This document shows, in pieces, positions 49,575 to 59,077 of a DNA stretch of 64,000 bases. A program made the position numbers and the translations under genes. How positions within the stretch are numbered: position 1 is the stretch's first letter; every line of letters begins with the position of its first letter. This stretch comes from Myxococcota bacterium (GTDB taxonomy: Bacteria > Myxococcota_A > UBA796 > JAJRTE01), in the NCBI GenBank assembly GCA_024278455.1, contig JAJRTE010000237.1, positions 2,955 to 66,954 on the forward strand. The letters run 5' to 3'. The notes under the pieces were generated by a model. That model was not told where the DNA came from. It was given only the letters and a program-made list of their open reading frames with translations, and did no database searches.

Positions 49575-49933
49575 CGTTCCGCTTGCCCCTGCTTGTCCCA
49601 AGCCACGGTCACGCCCCCTTCCTGCCGTCGAGCCACAACACGGGGGTCGCCGACCCCTGTTCTCGTGCCATTCCAACTATCATAGGGCATCACGGCGGGG
49701 CGCTTCAACAGGGCAGGTGTTCCGCGGCGCGACATCCCAAGGTGCCGCCAGTCGCGAATCCGCCCCCTGGGACAGAGTAATCCCCGCATTTCGCGCGTCT
49801 CTCGCACACGAGCGAATCCAAGGAATCCGGCCGGTCAGTCCTTCCAGCACTGGACCGCGATTGGAGAGTAAGCCCCCCACGACAACCACATCCGCTACCC
49901 CTCTGTAGTCCTCCCGATGGTGGCCGGGTCGGT

Positions 49934-50890
49934 CTACGGCAAGCCTGGACGGGTTTCCACGGTGGCGGCCGTCACGGCCTCCGTGGTGTCGGGCATGTCA
50001 AGGCTAAACCACACCGGTTGGCGGAAACGGAAGTCGACAGGGCGCGGCTCGAACTCCCAGGCACGGACCGCACGGCGAACCGCGCGCCGGAACACCCGGT
50101 CCCCACTCAACCACCGAACCTGCTTGACGCGCCCGGACGCCGAGCATGACACCTCCACCATCACCACGCCCTCGATCTGCCTGCGCCTGGCGCGAGATGG
50201 GTAGGCCGGCGGCACGTAGTGCGTGCGACGGAGTTCCTTCAGGGAAGCAAAAGCCTGCACGCGTCGCGGCGGGGGAGGGACATCGGCCGCCACCACACCG
50301 GTACCCGGTGTTAGTCCGAGCAGGGACAGCAGCAGCCATTCGGCCACGGGCTCGAGATCCCGCTTGCGGGACACCACCAGGCTCTGACTGGCAAGCACGG
50401 CACCGGTGGCACCGTCACGCATGTCCAGCCGCACCATCAGGCCCCCGGATACGGACGCGATGATCCCCTTCACCAGGTAGGTCGCGCCGGTCTTCCGGCC
50501 GATGTCAGCCATGCACTCGGCGGTGAGACAGGACGACCGCTCCTCCCGCCCGGTTCGAGCGCGCACCTCTGCCCCGGCGAGCAGGCGGCACTGCTCACCA
50601 TCGACCGCCGCCTCCGCCAGCGCCGCCACCCTCCTGGTGATCGAACGGATGCGCGAGTGGGCGACTCGAGCAGATGGGACGTGGAAGTTCAGAATGGCAA
50701 TGGTGGCTGCGCCGGAATCTCCTGGTGCACCCGAAGGCGAACGAGATGGGCTCGAGGTCTCGTCCCCCGTTGTTGCAGGAGGGGAAGGGCCTGCTTCCAC
50801 CGGCCATGCCAGTGCCATGGACAACAGGATCGCAATCCACCCGGCCCATCCAACAAAGGCTGCGCTCGTAACATGTTCACCCCCGTCCAT
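49934..50890 (-). CDS. Exported protein with C-terminal TonB_C domain
   Basis: Signal/TM; C..AECMADIG.KTGA domain; YPSRARRRQIEGVV..., AVRAWEFEP. Confidence 0.75.
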   Translation of the reverse strand: MDGGEHVTSAAFVGWAGWIAILLSMALAWPVEAGPSPPATTGDETSSPSRSPSGAPGDSGAATIAILNFHVPSARVAHSRIRSITRRVAALAEAAVDGEQCRLLAGAEVRARTGREERSSCLTAECMADIGRKTGATYLVKGIIASVSGGLMVRLDMRDGATGAVLASQSLVVSRKRDLEPVAEWLLLSLLGLTPGTGVVAADVPPPPRRVQAFASLKELRRTHYVPPAYPSRARRRQIEGVVMVEVSCSASGRVKQVRWLSGDRVFRRAVRRAVRAWEFEPRPVDFRFRQPVWFSLDMPDTTEAVTAATVETRPGLP

Positions 50891-51199
50891 GATGTCCTCC
50901 CAAGGCGAATGGATGGATGTGCAGACGCGGGAACGGGCATGGTGCGAACCACGGACCGAGGCCGGCACGCGGGCCCGCGAACTCCGCTGGGGGTCCATGC
51001 CGGCGTTCACTACCACGACAGGAGATCACAGAAGCATTGCAGGCTGATGCGAGGAGGAGCGCTGTTCCCTGGAGCCTTGCACCCGGACACCGCCAGCATT
51101 CATCATATCTCGAGCGGGCGGGGTTTGCAAGCAGATAGTGGCACCATGTTCCAACTGAAAAAACACGATATTATGGTGATCGCACGGTGCACCCCGTGG

Positions 51200-52621
51200 T
51201 CACACGTCGTAGTAGAGCGCGATTTCGTAGGGGTGGGGCCTGGACTGCACCGGATAGTGCTCGGCTTCCAGTTTGTGACGGATCCAGTCCCTGATGAGAT
51301 CCTCGCCGAACACGCCCCCCTCGAGCAGGAACTCATGGTCGTTCTCGAGGGCGTCGCACGCCTCCTTCAGGCTCCCCGGCAGTCTCTTGAGACGCGCGCG
51401 CTGCTCTTCCGGCCAGGTGCCGAACTCGGAGTCGAAGGGGCCGTAACCGTGTTCTCGAGGATCGATGCGCTTCCGGATGCCGTCCAGGCCGGCCATGAGC
51501 TGCGCGGCCATGGCCAGGTACACGTTGCCCGTCGCGTCCGGAGACCTGAACTCGCACCTGGCCGACTCGGGCCGATCCGCGTACTTGGGAACCCGCACCG
51601 CGGCACTGCGGTTGCCCAGGGAGAAGAAAGCATGGACCGGGGCCTCAAAGCCAGGGACCAACCGCCTGTACGAGTTGGTACTGGGATTCGTCAGCGCCAG
51701 CAACGCCGGTGCATGGTGCAACAGGCCTCCTATGTAGTAAAGGCCGAGCGCGCTCAGCTTTCCGTAGCCGTCCGCGCTGTAGAACAGGTTTGCCCCACCC
51801 CTGAGCAGTTGCTGGTGGAAGTGCATGCCGCTCCCAGCCTCGCCGTGAAGCGGCTTGGGCATGTAGGTGACCGACTTCCCATGGCGGAACGCCGTCATCC
51901 TGGTCAAATACTTGACCATCTGGGTGGCGTCGGCCGCTTCGAGCAGGCCCATCATGCCGGTTTCGATCTCACACTGCCCCGGCCCCCCGACCTCATGATG
52001 ATGGTATTTGACCTCGATCCCCACCTCCTCGATCCGGCGCACCATCTCGGCTCGCAAGTTGAAAAGCTGGTCTCGAGGTGGAATCGCGTGGTACCCGCCG
52101 CGGCGCGGATTCAGGTGCCCGTGCCCCGATCCCACCGACCGCCAGTCGGCCTCGAGGCTGTCCAACTTGTAGGACGCACCCCGAACGCCGTTCTCGTAGG
52201 AGACGTCGTCGAACACGTAGAACTCGTATTCGGGACCCCATCGGCTCTGATCAGCGATACCGGTCAGCCGCAAGAACGTCTCCGCCTGGCGCGCGATGTT
52301 CCGGGGATCTCTTGGATACGGCTCCCGCGTGTCGGCCTCATACACGGAACAGATGAAACTCAACGTGGGATCGTTCCAGAACGGATCCCACACGCCAGTG
52401 GCAAGGTCCGGGATGAGAACCATGTCGCCCGACTTCACGGACCGGAGCCCGACCGATGACCCGTCGAATCCAACGCCTTCTTCCATCAGGGCCGGCACGA
52501 ACCGCGAACGGGAAAGCGTTACGTGATGCCAGCGGCCCCACAAATCCGTGAACTTCAGGTCCACCATCCCAACGTCACGGTCGTCAACACAAGCTCGAGC
52601 TTCGTCGAAAGAATCAAACAT
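51200..52621 (-). CDS. glnA: Glutamine synthetase type I
   Basis: FDGSSV, HHEVGGPGQCEI, TYMPKP..GEAGSGMHFH, RRLVPGFEAP, NRSAAVRVP. Confidence 0.96.
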   Translation of the reverse strand: MFDSFDEARACVDDRDVGMVDLKFTDLWGRWHHVTLSRSRFVPALMEEGVGFDGSSVGLRSVKSGDMVLIPDLATGVWDPFWNDPTLSFICSVYEADTREPYPRDPRNIARQAETFLRLTGIADQSRWGPEYEFYVFDDVSYENGVRGASYKLDSLEADWRSVGSGHGHLNPRRGGYHAIPPRDQLFNLRAEMVRRIEEVGIEVKYHHHEVGGPGQCEIETGMMGLLEAADATQMVKYLTRMTAFRHGKSVTYMPKPLHGEAGSGMHFHQQLLRGGANLFYSADGYGKLSALGLYYIGGLLHHAPALLALTNPSTNSYRRLVPGFEAPVHAFFSLGNRSAAVRVPKYADRPESARCEFRSPDATGNVYLAMAAQLMAGLDGIRKRIDPREHGYGPFDSEFGTWPEEQRARLKRLPGSLKEACDALENDHEFLLEGGVFGEDLIRDWIRHKLEAEHYPVQSRPHPYEIALYYDV

Positions 52622-52831
52622 TGCCACTCCTGGATCCCCCGGGGGGGAAAGGCTGTCCGGCCCGTAGAACACAACGGTTGATACTACACTCCATCGGTTC
52701 GAACTCGCCACCGAAAACGGCCGGCGAACCACCGCTCCGCCAACGAAGACCGAGATCACGCAAAACCACTCCTGTCATCGGTCCCCGCCCGCGCTCGTCC
52801 ACAGCCCCCCCCGGCTCGAGACGACAGAACG

Positions 52832-54523
52832 TCACCGCACGGAAAGAAACGGCCCGAGCACCAACGCATCGAGCCCGGCCTCCTGGTACCCTCGCACCGC
52901 GTCCGCGGCAGTGGCCACGATGGGCTCCTCGTGCATGTTGAACGACGTGTTGACCACCGTTCCGACACCGGTCATCCGCTTGTAGGCGACCAGGATGCGA
53001 TGGAAGGCCGGGTTGTCTTGCACACGCACGAGCTGCGGTCGAGCAGTGCCGTCCACGTGGACCACACCCGGACAACGGCGCGCCATCCAGGGCGTGCACG
53101 AGAAGCAGATGGTCATGAACCGCGCGGCCTCCTCGGCACCGGCAAGCTCCAGATAGCACTCGCGAGCGTCCTCGGCCAGGGTGGCGGGAGCGAACGGCAT
53201 GAACTCCGTGCGGTGCAGGCGCCGGTTCAGCCAGTCGTTGACGGACGGATCGTCCGCTCGATACAAGATCGACCGGTTGCCCAGTGCTCGCGGCCCCCAT
53301 TCGAGCCGCCCGGCGGCTCGAGCCACCACCTTTCCCTCGACCAGCAGCCGGGCGACCCGGGCCTCGAGGTCTCGAGGACGCTGGTACGCCAAACCGCCGC
53401 CCGCCAGGGCGGCTTTCGCCTCGTCCTCCGGGATGTCTGGACCGAGATAGGCGGTCGGCATCGCCCCCGGAGGCGAAGCCGCCACCTTCATCGCGGCCCC
53501 CGCTGCCAGGCCACCGTCGGACATGTGCGGGTAGACGAAAACGGAACCGACAGACGGTAGTTCGTGGATCCGCTGGTTCAACTTGACGTTGGCGAACAGG
53601 CCGCCCGCCAGGGCAACGTCGCGCAGCCCCGTCCGGTGCACCCAGTAGGATACGAACGCACCCACCTGGGCCTCGAGATTGCGCTGCGCGGCAGCGGCGA
53701 TCTCGTCCCGGGTGTACCTGCCCAATTCGCGGTAGAAACGGTCGCCGACATGGTCTGGCAACACATAGTTATGAAGGGAGAATCCCGGTCCGTCGAAACG
53801 CAGCGCATCCTCGCACAGGCATACCAGTTCACGAGGGGCTTCGGCGTAGGCGGCCAGCCCGGTGATCTTGCCCTCGTGCCGCAGCGGCTTGAATCCGAGA
53901 AACTCAGTGATCCTCGAGTAGTACGTGTTGATGGACGATAGCCCGCTCTGCCGGTAGACCGGATCGAGTCGCCCGCCCCGACACCCGTGCACGGCCACCG
54001 ACGTGCCGTCACCCATGGCGTCGATCGTGACGACGAGAGCAGGATCGAACGGTGCGGACAACCCGGCGCTGGCGGCATGGGCCAGGTGATGGTCGACGAA
54101 GACGATTGGCGCACGCAGGCCGACTCGAGTCAGCTCGCGTCTCAGGACGGGCCAGGATGCGAACTTCTCCACCCACTCCAGGCCGAACCGCCTGATCAGG
54201 ACCTGGTACACGATGTACAGGTGCAGGAGGTAGCTGAACTGGGACGCGCCGGCCTTGAGGTGCCGGTGCCACCTCCGCGCGGCCCGCAACGCCGCGGCAG
54301 GGGTGTACGCGGTGCCCACGGCGACGCAGGCGATGTCTCGAGGACGGACTCCGCCCAGGCGCAGTACCTCGGCAATGGACAACGCCGGGAAGGCTCCCGA
54401 GTGCTTGGTGCGATTCAACCGCTCCTCGCTGACCGCTGCGACAACTACGCCGTCCACGACGAGCGCGGCACCGGCGTCATGGTTATCGGCAATGCCGAGC
54501 ACGATTCGAGGGGGCTTGCTCAT
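52832..54523 (-). CDS. Carbamoyltransferase (NodU/CmcH family)
   Basis: HDAGAAL, EERLNRTKH, DHHLAHA, EWGPRALGNRS, HVDGTARPQ, NTSFNMHEEP. Confidence 0.93.
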   Translation of the reverse strand: MSKPPRIVLGIADNHDAGAALVVDGVVVAAVSEERLNRTKHSGAFPALSIAEVLRLGGVRPRDIACVAVGTAYTPAAALRAARRWHRHLKAGASQFSYLLHLYIVYQVLIRRFGLEWVEKFASWPVLRRELTRVGLRAPIVFVDHHLAHAASAGLSAPFDPALVVTIDAMGDGTSVAVHGCRGGRLDPVYRQSGLSSINTYYSRITEFLGFKPLRHEGKITGLAAYAEAPRELVCLCEDALRFDGPGFSLHNYVLPDHVGDRFYRELGRYTRDEIAAAAQRNLEAQVGAFVSYWVHRTGLRDVALAGGLFANVKLNQRIHELPSVGSVFVYPHMSDGGLAAGAAMKVAASPPGAMPTAYLGPDIPEDEAKAALAGGGLAYQRPRDLEARVARLLVEGKVVARAAGRLEWGPRALGNRSILYRADDPSVNDWLNRRLHRTEFMPFAPATLAEDARECYLELAGAEEAARFMTICFSCTPWMARRCPGVVHVDGTARPQLVRVQDNPAFHRILVAYKRMTGVGTVVNTSFNMHEEPIVATAADAVRGYQEAGLDALVLGPFLSVR

Positions 54524-56193
54524 GGGTACGAATGCTCCATCTCACCTGGTTGCCGGGGGGACCCCGCCATGATGACGCTGCTGGTGTTGGTTGCCTCGCC
54601 CCCCGATATTCTTGCGCCTCCCCGCGACAGCGGGCGATCCGGCCGCAGCAACAACCGGACCAGCTCGAAGGCTCCTTCGCCGGCTCGTCGAACCAGCGAG
54701 CCAGCCGTCCCGGCGCCCCCTCCGTCCTCCCCCGTCCCATCGGGCAGGAACATCTGCCACGCAGTCCGCGCGTAGCGCTCGAGTTCTTCCCGGGACTTCA
54801 CCCGGAGCACCGCCCGGGCGACGTGGTGCGGGCGGAAATAGAAACGGAGATAGGCCTCCCGCGTGAGCGCGGTCACCTCCTCCTCGGTGAGCGCCGTCCC
54901 GGGCCTCGACATGGGTTCATCGACGCTTTCGTCCAGAACGAATGCCCGCCAGAAGTCGTGCCCGGCCTCGGAAAGATACATGTCGTACAGTTCGGTCGCC
55001 GGCATGGGGGTGACTTTGGAAAACTGCGCATAGTCCAGGTCCAACCGGATCGCGAAACGGATGGTCTGCTCCACCGTCTCGAACGTTTCGCCGGGGCTCC
55101 CGATCATGAAGTAGCCGAAAGTGTCGATCCCCGCTCTGCGTGTCTCGTCGAGTACCTGCCGGATCTGCTCGAGGTCGCTGTGCTTTCTCAGGGTCGCAAG
55201 GATGCCGGTATTCCCGGACTCGATCCCGTAGTAGATCCGCATGCACCCGGCTCGAGCCATCGCCCGCAACATCTCGCGATCCACGCAGTCGGGACGGCTC
55301 CTCGCCGACCAGGCAATGTCCAGCTTGCGCTTCCGGATTTCGTCGCACACGGCCAGAACACGGGCCTTGTCGATAGTGAATGAGGAATCGAAAAAGTCGA
55401 ACTCGCAAACCCCGTGCTCGCGGTGGCCGACCTCCAGCTCCGCGGCGACGTTGGCGGCGGAACGGCCCCGGAACGGCTTGGACCCCTGTTCGCAAAAGAT
55501 GCAGCGGTAGGGACACCCCCGGCTGGTGATGATGGGAGAAAAATTGCGATACCTGGACACGAACGAGTAGTACAGGCCGTTGTCGATGAGGTGCCGGGCA
55601 GGAAACGGCGCCGCGTCGATGTTCTGCAACAACGGCGCCGCCGCGGTGACCCGGACGCGACCCTCCCCATCGCGATACACGACACCGGGTACACCACGCG
55701 GCTCCTCGCCTCGAGACAGGGCGACAAGTAGCGGCACCAGCGTGGTCTCCGCCTCCCCGGTCACTCCGTAGTCGATGGCACGATGGGCGAGCGTCTCGAG
55801 AGGGTAGATGCCCAGGTGAACCCCACCCACGATGACCGGCACGTCACATTCGGCCTTGATGGCCTCGATCCACCTCAGCACCTGGTGAAACAGGTAGGTC
55901 GTGATGGTGTACCCCACGAAATGGGGCCGGAAACGACGCACGCGCGATCGAGTCTGCGCCAAGGTCAGGCCCTCGGCATGAGCGTCCAGGAACAAGACCG
56001 AACAACCCGCCTCCTCGAGCGTCCCGGCGACGTACAACAGGCTGAGGTTGGGAAACAGGCCGTAGTTTTCCTTGACGACCTTGATGCCAGGCTCGTTCTT
56101 GACCGGGCCGTAGGGGGGATAGACGAGTGCGACACGAAGCCCGGAGAGGGGCTTTGTACCATCGAGAAGATAGTTCGTGTATCTATCCCGCAT
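54520..56193 (-). CDS. B12-binding radical SAM protein (class B methyltransferase-like)
   Basis: N-terminal cobalamin-binding domain (GGVH), TSRGCPYRCIFC, YGIESG, FMIGSPGET; ATGA overlap with next gene. Confidence 0.92.
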   Translation of the reverse strand: MRDRYTNYLLDGTKPLSGLRVALVYPPYGPVKNEPGIKVVKENYGLFPNLSLLYVAGTLEEAGCSVLFLDAHAEGLTLAQTRSRVRRFRPHFVGYTITTYLFHQVLRWIEAIKAECDVPVIVGGVHLGIYPLETLAHRAIDYGVTGEAETTLVPLLVALSRGEEPRGVPGVVYRDGEGRVRVTAAAPLLQNIDAAPFPARHLIDNGLYYSFVSRYRNFSPIITSRGCPYRCIFCEQGSKPFRGRSAANVAAELEVGHREHGVCEFDFFDSSFTIDKARVLAVCDEIRKRKLDIAWSARSRPDCVDREMLRAMARAGCMRIYYGIESGNTGILATLRKHSDLEQIRQVLDETRRAGIDTFGYFMIGSPGETFETVEQTIRFAIRLDLDYAQFSKVTPMPATELYDMYLSEAGHDFWRAFVLDESVDEPMSRPGTALTEEEVTALTREAYLRFYFRPHHVARAVLRVKSREELERYARTAWQMFLPDGTGEDGGGAGTAGSLVRRAGEGAFELVRLLLRPDRPLSRGGARISGGEATNTSSVIMAGSPRQPGEMEHSYP

Positions 56194-56279
56194 CGTCTCC
56201 GCTCCGCAACCGCGTCTTCACACGACACGCAACGGCCAGGCCGGCGACTCGATCGACTGGGTGGCAAGGCAGGCCGGGC

Positions 56280-57845
56280 TCAACGCTCCCGGATCATCTG
56301 GTAGACCAGGTCCATGAACCCCACGGCCCCCTTGGCCTTCTTGGACCAGCTCGAGTGGTTCATGAGCCGGGCGGCGTGAATCAACGTTCGATACATCTTG
56401 TGGCTGTAGGGCTGCCAGAACGGGCTCCACTTCATCGTGGGGATGGTCTCCTCGTTCACGTGGTAGCCGATACAGAGGTCGCGGAGCCCGTCGTCGGAGT
56501 GGACCCGGCCGACACCGCTTTTCTTCACCCCCTGCCATGGTGTCTCGGGGCATCCGTGCGTGATGAGGGTCTCGTTGATCATGACCGTGCCGGCCTCGAG
56601 GCGCTCGGCGACACGGCGCATCTCCCTGGGGTCTCTGCCATAGACATAGGCGTTCAGTCCGTAGATGGACCGGTTCGCCCGCTCGATGGCCTCCTCGACC
56701 GTCTGGACCTTCATGATGGGCAATGTGGGTCCAAAGGTCTCCTCCTCGACGCACTCCATCTCGTCATTGACATCCACCAGGACGGTGGGCAGGTAGAACT
56801 GTCCGGGCCCCTCGAGCCGCTTGGCGCCGGTGAGGGCTCGAGCACCTGATGAGAGGGCGGCCTCGACCTGGCTTTCGACGACGCGCAACTGCTCGGGGTC
56901 GGTCATGGGTCCCATGTCCACCCCGTCCTCGAGGGGATTGCCGACCTTCATCTTCGAGACCTTCTCGGTGACGCGACGCACGACTTCATCGTAGAGACTC
57001 TCGTGGACGTAGGCTCGCTCGATGGAGGCGCAAACCTGTCCGGCGTTGCAGAACGCGCCCCAGACCAGGGATCCGGTCACGACGTCCAGGTCCGCGTCGG
57101 GCAGCACGATGGCCGGGTCCTTGCCGCCGAGTTCCATGGAGCAGGGGATCAACAGCCTGCCGCACAGTTCGGACACCTTGACGCCTACGGCCGTGGATCC
57201 GGTGAAATTGACGTAGTTCACCCCCATCTTGATCATTTCGGACGCGACCCGCCCGGGGCAAGGCAAGACCTGGAACACGTCCGGGTCCAGCCCGGCCTCG
57301 TCGAACAATTCGCGCCCCTTCATGGCGATGAGCGGGGTCAGGCTGGCAGGCTTGAGCACCACGGCGTTCCCGGCGAGCAAGGCCATTACCACTTCGCCGA
57401 ACGGAATCGTGAACGGGAAGTTCCACGGCGAAATGATCAGCAAGACGCCTCGAGGCCGATAGTGGATGTAGCTGCGCCTGTGCTTGAGGAGGTGCATGTC
57501 GATCTTGCGCGGCTTGAGAATCTCCTTGGCTCGAGACGAGAAGTAGCTGGCCAGGTCGGCGATGGCGAAGACCTCGGTGACGAAGGATTCTTCGAGCACC
57601 TTGCCGTTCTCCTGGGAGAGCAGCTCGCACACCTCCTCCGCCCGGTCCAGCAGCACATCCCTGAACCGCTTGATGACGCGCACGCGTTCGTCGATGCCAC
57701 GGGCCTCCCAGTGGCGCTGGGCGGCTCGAGCACGCTCGATGGCCTCCCGCGCCTCCTCGACGGTGTGGGATTTCACCTCGCCGATCTTCTCTCCGGTAGC
57801 GGGATTAAAGCTTTCGATCACCTGTCTTTTGGGCTTGGCACTCAT
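56280..57845 (-). CDS. Aldehyde dehydrogenase
   Basis: ISPWNFP, FTGSTAVG, MELGGKD, GQVCAS, EETFGP. Confidence 0.95.
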   Translation of the reverse strand: MSAKPKRQVIESFNPATGEKIGEVKSHTVEEAREAIERARAAQRHWEARGIDERVRVIKRFRDVLLDRAEEVCELLSQENGKVLEESFVTEVFAIADLASYFSSRAKEILKPRKIDMHLLKHRRSYIHYRPRGVLLIISPWNFPFTIPFGEVVMALLAGNAVVLKPASLTPLIAMKGRELFDEAGLDPDVFQVLPCPGRVASEMIKMGVNYVNFTGSTAVGVKVSELCGRLLIPCSMELGGKDPAIVLPDADLDVVTGSLVWGAFCNAGQVCASIERAYVHESLYDEVVRRVTEKVSKMKVGNPLEDGVDMGPMTDPEQLRVVESQVEAALSSGARALTGAKRLEGPGQFYLPTVLVDVNDEMECVEEETFGPTLPIMKVQTVEEAIERANRSIYGLNAYVYGRDPREMRRVAERLEAGTVMINETLITHGCPETPWQGVKKSGVGRVHSDDGLRDLCIGYHVNEETIPTMKWSPFWQPYSHKMYRTLIHAARLMNHSSWSKKAKGAVGFMDLVYQMIRER

Positions 57846-57943
57846 GTCAACCTCCTATCACAGGGTTGGTCCCGGCGTTGTCGGCTCGAGCCAGCGTGGG
57901 TGCTCTGGTTCTGAGTCATGTCGGGGAGCGAGCCCGGGCGAGG

Positions 57944-58957
57944 CTAGGCCAGCCCGAGTTGCGCCACCTGTTCCTCGTCGAGCCCGAGGAAATGGGCGAT
58001 TTCGTGTTGCAGCGTGATCCGGATTTCCTCCACGAGTTCTTCCCTGGTGCCGACCCCTCGTTGCAAGTTTCTCCTGTACAACACGATCTCCGACGGAACG
58101 TTGGTCCAGGGGTCGCCTATCTGTTCGGGTAACGACCGCCCCCTGAACAGGCCCCAGAGGCTCGGCGTCATGGGTGGGTTCTCGGCCCGCAGGTCGTGAT
58201 CGGAGGGTATCTCATCCACCGATATCGGGACGTTGGCGAGGTAGTCCCTCAACCGTTCGGGCAACGACTCCAGCACCTCCTCCACCAGGGTCTCGAACGC
58301 GGAAATGGGAAGGTCCAGGGGCTCGGGATACAGGTCCGGAGCCAACGCTCGAGCCCGCTCGAACGCACGCCTGGCACCCACTTCGTCCCCACCGCGCTCG
58401 AGGATCAGCCCGACGAAGAAATGGGCGTCCGCGTTATTCTCATCGAGTTCCAGGGCGGTCTCGAGGGACTTCAGCGCTTCGTCGATTTCCAGGCGTTCGT
58501 AATGGCTCACGCCAAGCCCGACCAGGGCATCCACCTCTTCCGGGTCCAAGGCCAGGACTTCTTCATAAGCACGGACGGCATCCTCGAACGCCCCCATGTC
58601 GTGCAAGGCGTCGGCGACGAGCAGCCACCGCGCGGGATCCTCCTGGGGCCGCTCGAAAAGAGGATCGCACAATTCCAACGTGCGTTCCGGATGTCCCACG
58701 CCGAGGTAGGCCTCGGCCAGAAGGCAGCGCGCTTCCTCGTTGTCCGGTGCCCGCTCGAGCACCTCCGTCTCGACCTCCTTCAACTTCTCCACATCCCCGG
58801 TCTCGGTCGCCATCACTGCCTGGTACAGCCTGACATCGATGTTGTCCGGTTCCATCTCGAGGACTCGAGCACACAAGGTCTCGGCGTTCTCACGGTCACC
58901 TTCGTCTATTGCAGCCTCGATCCTGTCGAGGAGTTTTTCAACCGTTCCATCACTCAT
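57944..58957 (-). CDS. TPR protein with C-terminal zincin-like (Zincin_1) metallopeptidase domain
   Basis: About 6 TPRs, then IVLYRRNL...TLQHEIAHFLG. Confidence 0.87.
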   Translation of the reverse strand: MSDGTVEKLLDRIEAAIDEGDRENAETLCARVLEMEPDNIDVRLYQAVMATETGDVEKLKEVETEVLERAPDNEEARCLLAEAYLGVGHPERTLELCDPLFERPQEDPARWLLVADALHDMGAFEDAVRAYEEVLALDPEEVDALVGLGVSHYERLEIDEALKSLETALELDENNADAHFFVGLILERGGDEVGARRAFERARALAPDLYPEPLDLPISAFETLVEEVLESLPERLRDYLANVPISVDEIPSDHDLRAENPPMTPSLWGLFRGRSLPEQIGDPWTNVPSEIVLYRRNLQRGVGTREELVEEIRITLQHEIAHFLGLDEEQVAQLGLA

Positions 58958-59077
58958 GCAGGGCATGCCTCCCAAAGTTGCGATACCTGGACGCCAGCCA
59001 TGTGGCCGGGCCGACCTGGAAACGATACTCCAATTGCGGTGAGCAGGAAAGCGAAATCGGTGTCCATGATCTGGATA

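Noticed and set aside
52636-52647. C5G7 run upstream of glnA as a phase-variation tract
   Set aside because: Short for this GC content and not within a recognisable promoter spacer
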